A DNA stretch of 64,000 nt, from contig DATKDI010000081.1 of NCBI GenBank assembly GCA_035512775.1, positions 7,495 to 71,494 of the forward strand, given 5' to 3'. The notes under the pieces were generated by a model. The model was not told where the DNA came from. It made no database searches and saw only the letters and a program-made list of their open reading frames with translations. The DNA comes from Actinomycetota bacterium (GTDB lineage: Bacteria; Actinomycetota; UBA4738; HRBIN12). The first letter of the stretch is position 1. Each line of letters begins with the position of its first letter. Below, in pieces: positions 56,207 through 64,000 of the stretch. The position numbers were made by a program, and so were the translations under genes.

Positions 56207-56249
56207 ACGGAGCCGGGACGGACGGCGAAGCCGTCCGTCCCGGCTCCGT
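56207..56249. terminator. Perfect 20-bp GC-rich hairpin between convergent genes
   Basis: ACGGAGCCGGGACGGACGGC-GAA-GCCGTCCGTCCCGGCTCCGT. Confidence 0.85.
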
Positions 56250-56250
56250 C

Positions 56251-57708
56251 TCAGTTCTCGCCCTGGTCCCGCGTGAAGCCGAGCTCTCCGTCGAACTCCT
56301 GCAGCTTCTCGATGTGCATCCATCGATGCCGCTGGCTGATCGCCACCAGGAGCTGATGGACGTCGTCGTCGGAGAGGTCGCCGGGGCTCTCCTTGATGAT
56401 GAAGCGACACCGGTAGTGGTCCACCGTGTCGGTGATCGCGCCGGTCGGTGGGAACACCCTGGTCCCACGCGACGACAGCAGCTTCAGTGAGAGGGGCGTC
56501 TCGAGTGTCAGCTCCATCAGGGAGGCTCCGAGCTCGGCGGGGCCCATGGGTGATTCAACGAACACGTCCATCCCGACCACCGCTCGGGATGCCGCCTTCA
56601 CGTAGTCGATGTCGTCCGACAGCTTCGGCAGGACGAGCGGAAGGTGGTCGCGGACCGCCCAGCTCTCGGATCGACGGCCCAGGTTCCGGATGATCGTGTC
56701 GGTGTAGTCGGTCGTCGATGCGCCCTTGTCGTATCCGGCCACGTCGCCCGTGAGGACGCCGTCCTCCAGTGTCACCAGCACGGCGTGCTCGAGGGCGTCC
56801 GCCTGCTCGAACAGCTGGAGGTAGCGCAGCATCAGGACGGCGGACAGGATGAGCGCGGTCGGGTTGATCACGTTCTTGCCCGCGTACTTCGGTGCCGAGC
56901 CGTGGACGGCCTCGAAGATCGCGACCTCGCTCCCGATGTTGGCGCTGGGGGCGAAGCCGAGACCGCCGACGAGCGCGCTCGACAGGTCGGACAGGATGTC
57001 CCCGTTCATGTTCGTCATCACCAGCACGTCGAACTGCTCCGGCCGCTTCACCAACTGATGCGCGCAGTTGTCGACGATCAGATGCCAGGCCTCGATGTCC
57101 GGGTAGTCGGGCGCGACCTGTTCGAAGACGCGTTTCAACGTCCCCTCGGAGAGCTTCATGATGTTCGCCTTCGTGGCGCAGGTGACCTGGGTACGGTGTT
57201 CGCTCCTCGCGTACTCGAAGGCGAAGCGAGCGATCTTCTCGCATCCTTTGACCGAGATCAGCTTGAGTGCTTCGGCGACGCCGGGCGTCTGCATGTACTC
57301 GATGCCCGCGTAGAGATCCTCGACGTTCTCCCGGACCATCACGAGGTCGATGCCTCGTCCGCTGTAGGGGGTCTTCACTCCGGGGAGCTCTCGCACCGGC
57401 CGAACGTTCGCGTAGGTCTCGAAGAGCTTGCGGAGCGTGACGTTCGCGCTCTTCTCACCGAAGCCGACCGGGGTCTCGAGGGGTCCCTTCAGCATCACGC
57501 GGGTGCGGGACAACGAGGCGATCGTCTCCTCGGGCACGCCGGACGGGAGGCCTTTCTTGAAGACCTCGGCGCCGGCTTCGCATCCCTCCCAGTCGATGGG
57601 AGCTCCCGACGCTTCGACGATCCGCCGGGCCGAGTCGATGACCTCCGGTCCGATGCCGTCGCCGGGTACCAGGGTGACCGGGATCCGTTGGTCGGTCGAT
57701 GTTGCCAC
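56251..57708 (-). CDS. icd: NADP-dependent isocitrate dehydrogenase with C-terminal extension domain
   Basis: PGDGIGPE, LKGPLETPVG.G.KSANVTLRK, RENVEDLY, NMNGDILSD, EAVHGSAP; SD GAGGAGG. Confidence 0.93.
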   Translation of the reverse strand: MATSTDQRIPVTLVPGDGIGPEVIDSARRIVEASGAPIDWEGCEAGAEVFKKGLPSGVPEETIASLSRTRVMLKGPLETPVGFGEKSANVTLRKLFETYANVRPVRELPGVKTPYSGRGIDLVMVRENVEDLYAGIEYMQTPGVAEALKLISVKGCEKIARFAFEYARSEHRTQVTCATKANIMKLSEGTLKRVFEQVAPDYPDIEAWHLIVDNCAHQLVKRPEQFDVLVMTNMNGDILSDLSSALVGGLGFAPSANIGSEVAIFEAVHGSAPKYAGKNVINPTALILSAVLMLRYLQLFEQADALEHAVLVTLEDGVLTGDVAGYDKGASTTDYTDTIIRNLGRRSESWAVRDHLPLVLPKLSDDIDYVKAASRAVVGMDVFVESPMGPAELGASLMELTLETPLSLKLLSSRGTRVFPPTGAITDTVDHYRCRFIIKESPGDLSDDDVHQLLVAISQRHRWMHIEKLQEFDGELGFTRDQGEN

Positions 57709-57757
57709 GCGCGCCTCCTCGAGATGGGTGCGCCATGGTATCGGCGCCGCGGGAGGC

Positions 57758-58297
57758 TCAGGCCGTCAGGTCGTCCACCACGGCCCGGTCCGGCCCCCAT
57801 TCCGACACGATCGCCTCCAGGTCCCGGTACAGGGGCACTCCGTACGCGGCGGCGGCGACACCCATCTCCCGGGTGTGGCTCGTGACGGTGGGCCCCGCGA
57901 AGAGCGCGAGGATCTTGCCGAAGCGGGCGCGCCAGCCCTCGGTGCCGATGAGCACCCGCCCGTAGCCGGCCGCCACGCCGAGCACGAGACCGTGCCGGCC
58001 GCCCGAGGTCGCCGTGTCGATATCCCAGATCGCCCGGTCCAGACCGTCGTTCATCTCCGGGAGGGAGTGGAGCGCGTAGAATCCGCACTCGCATCCGGTT
58101 GCGGGGCACCCGAGGGGATGCGGGGCTCGCGCCATCCTCCACCCGAACATCCCGCGCCGGGCGAGGCACGACGCCTCGTTCCCACCGGGCCGCCAGCACA
58201 CGGGCCCGCGCCACGGCGACAGCAGCTCCCCGCTGCCCGACAGTCGCCACCAGCGGAACCCTCTGACGGACCCGACCATGGGGACGACCTCTGCCAT
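57758..58297 (-). CDS. Conserved-looking hypothetical protein with Cys/His cluster
   Basis: GFRWWRL..GELLSPW...W.PG.NEA.C...H...P...CECGFYA; function unknown. Confidence 0.65.
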   Translation of the reverse strand: MAEVVPMVGSVRGFRWWRLSGSGELLSPWRGPVCWRPGGNEASCLARRGMFGWRMARAPHPLGCPATGCECGFYALHSLPEMNDGLDRAIWDIDTATSGGRHGLVLGVAAGYGRVLIGTEGWRARFGKILALFAGPTVTSHTREMGVAAAAYGVPLYRDLEAIVSEWGPDRAVVDDLTA

Positions 58298-58528
58298 CGC
58301 TAGACGGGCACGTGGACCGGCTCAGACAGGGGCTCGGGAGCGGGTTCCGACATCGGGAGGGGCTCGATCTCGGTGTCCGGTACCACTTCGACTTCCCGGA
58401 CGATCCTCCCGATGTTCATGGCCGCCTCTTACCCGGCCGCCGCGCTGACTACACCGTGCGGAGCCTTCCGGTTGGTTTGCCGTCACTGCCAGCCGGGTAG
58501 ATGCTCGACACCGTTTGCCCCCGAAGCG

Positions 58529-60704
58529 ATGAGTGCGATCCCCACTACCCGGTTCCGAACGCTCGGACCTCCTGGTCTGACAAAAAGCGATGCCTGGGCG
58601 GCGGCCGCGCCGGCTCCGGCGACGAGCCGAGGCCGGCGCCTGGCCTGGATCGTGATCCTGTCGGTCCTCCTCCCGTCACTGTCCGTCACCGGCGCGCTCG
58701 CCGCACTGTTCATGTCGACCGAGCTGCCGGACATCCCGCCCCTGGAGGAGACGACCGAACTCCTCGACCGTGCCGGGAACGAGATCGCGGAGCTCCACGC
58801 GGGCGTGGACCGGGTCCTGATCCCGTTCGCGCAGATGCCATCGTCCCTCCGACAAGCCGTGGTGGCGGTCGAGGACGCCGACTTCTACCGTCACGACGGC
58901 CTCGATCTCGGCTCGGTGGCTCGCGCGTCCTGGGCCAACGTCACGAGCGGCTCCATGAGCCAGGGCGGGTCGACGATCACCCAGCAATACGTGAAGAACG
59001 TGCTGACCGGGCCCGAGCGCTCGATCGCGCGGAAGGTCCGCGAGGCGATCCTCGCCGTGAAGCTCGAGCACACATCGTCCAAGCGAGAGATCCTCGAGGG
59101 GTATCTCAACACCGTGTACTTCGGCCACGGCGCCTACGGGGTCCAGGCGGCGGCTCGGACCTACTTCGATCTCGACGCCAGGGACCTCTCCGTGCTGCAG
59201 TCGGCGACACTGGCGGGTCTGATCGCGGCCCCGTCGGCTCGCGACCCCTTCGAGTACCCGGAGGTGGCGCACCGCTATCGGAACTTCGTGCTCGATCGGA
59301 TCGTGGAGGTCGGCTCGATCGACGCGGAGGAAGCCCGACGGCTGCAGGCTCGCCCGCTTCGGCTGACCGAGGAGCCGTTGGTGCGATCGCTGGCCGCCCA
59401 TTTCATGGAGCACGTCCGGCTCGACCTCAAGCGAGTTACGGACTGGACGCCTTGTACCGAGGCGGCCTGCGCGTCAAGACGACGCTCGACACGGAGTGGC
59501 AGCGCGCGGCGGAGCGAGCGATCCGATCGCATCTCCCCGGGCCGCGCGGCCCCGAGGCCGCACTGGTCGCCATCGATCCGAGGACGGGTGCGATCCGCGC
59601 GATGGTCGGCGGGCGCAGCTTCGCCCGGAGCGAGTTCAACCTCGCGACCCAAGGACGACGCCAGGCGGGAAGCGCGTTCAAACCGTTCGTCCTCCTCGCC
59701 GCTCTCGAGCGAGGGATCTCGCCGACCGAGGTCCGCTACGGCCTTCCTCGCTGACGATCCGCGATCCGTTCTGCGAAACGGACGGGAAGCCGTGGACGGT
59801 GTCGAACGCAGGAGACCAGCGAGCGGGCACGATGTCGCTCGAGAGCGCGATGGCCGGTTCCGTGAACACGATCTATTCCCAGCTCACGGTCGAGGTCGGG
59901 CCGGAAGCGGTCGCGGACGTCGCGCACCGGATGGGGATCCGCTCGCGACTCGCCGACGTGTGCTCGATCGGTCTCGGCACCTCAGAGGTGAGTCCCCTGG
60001 AGATGACCTCAGCCTTCGCCACGCTCGCGGCCAGAGGCATCTACGTCGAGCCGACCGGCGTGGAGCGCGTGTCCGCGCCCGATGGGACGATCCTTCAGGG
60101 GCCGCTTCGCGGCGTGGCGAACGTCGGCAGCTCGGCGATATCGGCGCAGGACGCGGATGCCACCACCCGCGTCCTCCAGGGCGTGATCGACCATGGGACC
60201 GGGACGGCGGCGCGTCTCGCCGGCCGCCCTGCGGCCGGCAAGACCGGCACCGCGCAACATGCGACCGATGCCTGGTTCTGCGGCTACGTCCCGCAGCTCG
60301 CGACGTGCGTGTGGGTCGGGTACCCGAACGGGTCGCGACCGATGCGCGACGTGGCGGGCTTCTCGGAGGTCTACGGAGGAACGATCCCTGCTCAGATCTG
60401 GCACGACTTCATGACTGAGGCCACCACGGGCATGCGAGTGGTCGGATTCAGGCCCGGGAGTTACGAGATCTACGCGGACCCCCCGCCATCGACACCTTCT
60501 CCGGAGCCGCTTCCGTCCGCGGAGCCTTCGCCCGCCACGGAGCCTGAGCCCTCCCCGCCTCCGGAGCCTTCTCCGTCGCCATCGCCCGAGCCGTCGCCGA
60601 TGCCTCCTCCCGAGCCCTCACCGAGCTCCCTGCCCTCGCCGTCGCCTTCCGCCGAGCCGGAAGAGCCCGCCGCTCCGATCGTCGAGCGATCTCGGGACCC
60701 CTGA
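58529..60704 (+). pseudogene. Class A penicillin-binding protein (transglycosylase-transpeptidase) with two apparent frameshifts (~59430, ~59745)
   Basis: EDADFY.H.G, QGGSTITQQYVKN, RK.RE in frame 1; RQAGSAFKP (SxxK) in frame 2; SVN (SxN), GKTGT and Pro-rich tail in frame 3. Confidence 0.88.
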
Positions 60705-60712
60705 GCGGACTC

Positions 60713-60994
60713 CTACCCTTCTTCCGCCTCTTCTTTGGTCGCCTCGTATGCGGCTTCCTCGTCGGGCGAGGGCGACGCGACGTCTTCCGAGGTTCGCTGC
60801 TCGACGTCCAGTCGGTCCGTATCGGCGACCTCGAGAGGTGCCCGCGGTACCTCGTGCCCGCATGTGTAGGTATCCACCTGCCGGCTCTCCGGATCTTGGA
60901 ACTGGTCGTCTCCGTCGAAATCGATGTCCGCGAGGGTGCCCTTGCCGCAGATGGGACAGGGGTCGTCGGATGCGGCGGTACCGGATGTCGTCAT
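60713..60994 (-). CDS. Small acidic hypothetical protein with CPIC...CGH
   Basis: ATG 6 nt after TACCCT; Zn-ribbon-like CPIC/TCGH. Confidence 0.6.
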   Translation of the reverse strand: MTTSGTAASDDPCPICGKGTLADIDFDGDDQFQDPESRQVDTYTCGHEVPRAPLEVADTDRLDVEQRTSEDVASPSPDEEAAYEATKEEAEEG

Positions 60995-61068
60995 GATGAC
61001 AGGGTACCGAGCCCGCATCTGCCCCACCTCGGCGTTTGACGCCGGAGGGGCGAGGGAAGGAAACCCGC

Positions 61069-62064
61069 ATGACGGCAGCGAGAGACGGCGCGGCGCAGCG
61101 GATGCTGCGCCGAGTCGACGACGCGCAGCGGCACCACGCGGTGCTCGCCTTCCCGTTCGGCGTGATCAAGAAGTTCACCGACGATCGCGCGAGCCAGCTC
61201 GCCGCATTGATCGCCTACTACGGCTTCTTCTCGCTCTTCCCGCTGATGCTGCTGTTCGCCACGGTGGTCGCCATCGTGGTCCGCGATGATCCGGAGCTCC
61301 GCCGGCAGCTGCTCGACTCGGCGCTCAACCAGTTCCCGGTCGTGGGCACACGGATCGGAGAGAGCGTCCGGGGGCTGACGGGGTCATCGTTCGCGTTGAC
61401 CGTCGGCGTCGTCGGCGCGATGTGGTCGGGGACGGCGGTGGTGGCGGCTGCTCAGCACGCGATGGACGAGGTATGGGACGTCCCTCGCGTCGAGCGTCCC
61501 GGACTCGTCAACCGGGTGACACGCGCGTTCCTGCTGCTGTTCGTCTTCGGTGCCTCGATCGTCTTGTCCTCGTTCCTCGCGGGAACCGGCGGGGAGAACG
61601 GCTGGAGCGCAGCGCTGCTCAAGGCGCTCTCGCTCGCCGGCGGGGTGCTCGTCTCCGTCGCTGTATTCGCGTTCGCGTTCCGGGTGCTGACGGTCGCCCA
61701 CGTAAGCTGGCGTGAGGTGCTGCCCGGCGCGATCTTCGCCGCGGTCGCGTGGACGATCTTGCTGATGCTCGGGAGCTGGCTGGTGGATCGGCATATCCGG
61801 AATGCTTCGCAGATCTACGGGTTCTTCGCGATCGTGATCGGGCTGCTCGCGTGGATCTCCCTGGTCGCCCAGCTCTTCCTCCTCGCCGCGGAGATCAACG
61901 TGGTGCGCGCCCGGCGCCTCTGGCCGCGATCGCTCATCGCGCCCCCGCTCGCCGACGAGGACAGGGAGGTGCTCGCGAGTCAGGCCGAGGAGGAGCAGGC
62001 CCGTCCCGAGGAGCGGGTGGATGTGAGGTTCGACGAGCGGGCGGGCGGGGGGCGGGACCGATGA
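61069..62064 (+). CDS. YihY/virulence factor BrkB family membrane protein
   Basis: LAALIAYYGFFSLFPL, YGFFAIVIGLL.WI.L...L.L.AE.N. Confidence 0.92.
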   Translation: MTAARDGAAQRMLRRVDDAQRHHAVLAFPFGVIKKFTDDRASQLAALIAYYGFFSLFPLMLLFATVVAIVVRDDPELRRQLLDSALNQFPVVGTRIGESVRGLTGSSFALTVGVVGAMWSGTAVVAAAQHAMDEVWDVPRVERPGLVNRVTRAFLLLFVFGASIVLSSFLAGTGGENGWSAALLKALSLAGGVLVSVAVFAFAFRVLTVAHVSWREVLPGAIFAAVAWTILLMLGSWLVDRHIRNASQIYGFFAIVIGLLAWISLVAQLFLLAAEINVVRARRLWPRSLIAPPLADEDREVLASQAEEEQARPEERVDVRFDERAGGGRDR

Positions 62065-63083
62065 GCGCGCTCAAGCGAGTGCGATGCACTGGGCCGGGCA
62101 TCTCGCGGCGGCGGCAGGGCCGAGGTTTCACCTACGTGCACCCCAACGGGCAGCGGGTCCGCGACGACCAGACGCTGGTCCGGATACGGTCGCTGGCGAT
62201 CCCGCCCGCATGGCAGGACGTGTGGATCTGCCCGGACGAACGCGGTCATCTGCAGGCGGTGGGCACCGACGCGGCAGGCAGGAAACAGTACCTCTACCAC
62301 GAGGACTGGAGCGTCCGTCGCGGCCGGCAGAAGTTCGATCGAGTGCTCCGACTGGCCCGGCGCCTCCCCGCGATGAGGAAGGTCAGCGACAGGGACATCG
62401 CCTCGCGCGGTCTGACGCGGGAACGAGCGCTCGCGGGTGCCGTCCGTCTCTTGGATCTCGGTTTCTTCCGTATCGGCTCGGAGGTCTACACGGAGGAGAA
62501 CGGTTCCTACGGGCTCGCGACGCTCCGGCGCACGCACGTGAAGGTCACCGGCGACGAAGTCCGCTTCGACTTCGCAGCGAAGAGCGGCCAACGCCGCATC
62601 CAGGCGATCCGAGATCCGGCGCTTGCCCGGCTCACGGGTTCGCTGCTCCGACGCAAGGGGGGAGGACCCGAGCTGCTCGCCTTCCGAGACGGGAAGGCGT
62701 GGCGCGACGTGCGGTCCGAGGACATCAACGCGTACCTCAAGGACCTGGCCGCCGAGGACATCTCCGCGAAGGACTTCAGGACCTGGCACGCGACGGTGTT
62801 GACGGCCTCGCTCCTCGCCTCGCAAGGTGAGGGGCTCACCTCGGTCACCTCTCGCAAGCGGGTGGTCTCGACGGTCGTCAAGGAGGTGGCCGAGGCTCTC
62901 GGGAACACGCCGGCCGTCTGCCGAGCGTCCTACATCGATCCACGAGTGATCGAACGGTTCCTCAACGGGGAGACGATCGATCTGCCGCGGGGCCGGGACC
63001 TCACCGACGACCGGGTCAGGGCGGCGGTGGAATCGGCGGTCCTTGATCTCCTCGACCCAGAGAGCGCACAGCGTGCCGCCTGA
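62061..63083 (+). CDS. Bacterial DNA topoisomerase IB
   Basis: IPPAW.DVWIC....GHLQA.G.D.AGRKQY.YH, KSG, KDFRTWH, LGNTPAVCR.SY (catalytic Tyr). Confidence 0.95.
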   Translation: MSALKRVRCTGPGISRRRQGRGFTYVHPNGQRVRDDQTLVRIRSLAIPPAWQDVWICPDERGHLQAVGTDAAGRKQYLYHEDWSVRRGRQKFDRVLRLARRLPAMRKVSDRDIASRGLTRERALAGAVRLLDLGFFRIGSEVYTEENGSYGLATLRRTHVKVTGDEVRFDFAAKSGQRRIQAIRDPALARLTGSLLRRKGGGPELLAFRDGKAWRDVRSEDINAYLKDLAAEDISAKDFRTWHATVLTASLLASQGEGLTSVTSRKRVVSTVVKEVAEALGNTPAVCRASYIDPRVIERFLNGETIDLPRGRDLTDDRVRAAVESAVLDLLDPESAQRAA

Positions 63084-63209
63084 GGGTCTCCGTCGAGGGC
63101 TGGTGGCCGGAAAGGTTCAGAGCCGGATGCCGGCCTATCCTCTCAAGTTCCTCTCGAACTCTCCGACATCTTCAGTATGGAACGACCGCGATCGGGGTAT
63201 CAACGTCGC

Positions 63210-63326
63210 ATGAGATCAGAGAACGACCAAGACGACCTACGCAGCGAGGTGGGGCAGACCCTGGCCCTGTTCGGGATGAGCCTGGCCGTGGTGCTGGTGG
63301 GGCTGCTCGTCGGGTTGGGCCTCTGA
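63210..63326 (+). CDS. Small single-pass membrane protein (38 aa)
   Basis: MRSENDQDDLRSEVGQTLALFGMSLAVVLVGLLVGLGL, read directly (below the ORF-track cutoff). Confidence 0.55.
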   Translation: MRSENDQDDLRSEVGQTLALFGMSLAVVLVGLLVGLGL

Positions 63327-63356
63327 TCTAGGCCTCCGGACGAACCCGAGTCGGAG

Positions 63357-63427
63357 CTGGGGCGCAAGGATTCGAACCTCGACTAACAGGGCCAGAACCT
63401 GTCGTGCTGCCGTTACACCACGCCCCA
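63357..63427 (-). tRNA. tRNA-Gln(CTG)
   Basis: TGGGGCGTGGTGTAACGGCAGCACGACAGGTTCTGGCCCTGTTAGTCGAGGTTCGAATCCTTGCGCCCCAG; TAGACT -10 at 63440-63445. Confidence 0.96.
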
Positions 63428-63649
63428 GGGGCGAAGGTCAGTCTACCGGAGGCGTCCTCCCGTCCCCGCAGCGGGATCCATCTCGGCCGCGTCGTGGCCT
63501 CTCAGGGACGCCCGAAGGATGGGCCCGGAGGATGGCGGAGAGATGAACGAGAGACGGAAAGGATTCCGCCGCACACCTGCTCGGTTGACCCTTCCCTTCC
63601 CAGTTCGGTACGTTCGAAGGCAACCACGACGACCCTGGAGGGAGCATCC

Positions 63650-63940
63650 ATGAACAAGGGCGGCCTGGTCACTGAAGTCGCGAAGAAGACCGGCCTGAGC
63701 AAGGCCGAGGTCGGGCGCGTGATCGATGCGGCGATCGACACGGTCCGCGAAACAGTGGTGGTGGGCGACCGCGTCACCCTCGCGGATTTCGGCACGTTCG
63801 AACGCAAGCATCGGAACCGTCGCATAGCGCGCAATCCCCGCCAGCCGGAGGTGCCCATCGAGGTCCCCGAGCGGGATCTGCCGGCGTTCACGCCTGGGAA
63901 GGAATTCCGTCACCAGGTGCTCGGCAACGATTCGGGGTGA
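63650..63940 (+). CDS. hup: HU/IHF family DNA-binding protein
   Basis: MNK..LV.EVA.KTGLSK, V.L.DFGTF, ARNP, PAF.PGK; SD GGAGG. Confidence 0.92.
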   Translation: MNKGGLVTEVAKKTGLSKAEVGRVIDAAIDTVRETVVVGDRVTLADFGTFERKHRNRRIARNPRQPEVPIEVPERDLPAFTPGKEFRHQVLGNDSG

Positions 63941-64000
63941 GGGAGCGGGGCCTCAGTCCCAGGTCACGAGTCGCAGCGAGCGTGCCACGGGAGCGCCGTC

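Noticed and set aside
60480-60670. Repeat element at the PBP 3' end
   Set aside because: It is a coding Pro/Ser/Glu low-complexity tail (PEPSP) common in actinobacterial PBPs.
62061-63083. Tyrosine integrase for the tRNA islands
   Set aside because: The motifs are those of topoisomerase IB (related fold, but not a site-specific recombinase), and it lies outside the att-bounded region.

Overview
High-GC bacterial chromosome segment with an actinomycete-like gene order (gatA-gatB ... serA ... FAH-gltX ... tRNA-Glu ... icd ... tRNA-Gln, HU). The housekeeping backbone is interrupted by five accessory blocks. (i) A Rieske ferredoxin/reductase pair and an FtsX-type ABC exporter (4.9-11.3 kb). (ii) Tandem paralogous MFS pumps preceded by a structured leader with a 14-aa uORF, and tandem orphan PAS histidine kinases (14.2-20.6 kb). 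(iii) An ~11 kb probable aromatic/amine catabolic cluster: ALDH, class III extradiol dioxygenase, APC permease, frameshifted PLP decarboxylase, MarR, P450, GS-like ligase, FAH, beta-propeller protein, ADC-like protein (28.5-39.6 kb). (iv) Two tandem islands at the 3' end of tRNA-Glu(CTC), bounded by 44-46 bp copies of the tRNA 3' half (44857, 52451, 54900). They have no recognisable integrase and carry NhaA, GH15, zwf, an aeRF1-like (baeRF) protein next to an HPF/RaiA gene, a double zinc-ribbon protein and a prfC remnant. (v) A PBP, YihY and bacterial topoisomerase IB block. Five apparent frameshifts are visible and may partly be assembly indel errors. No CRISPR array, rRNA or intact transposase was seen. 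All family calls come from motif recognition by eye, not database searches.
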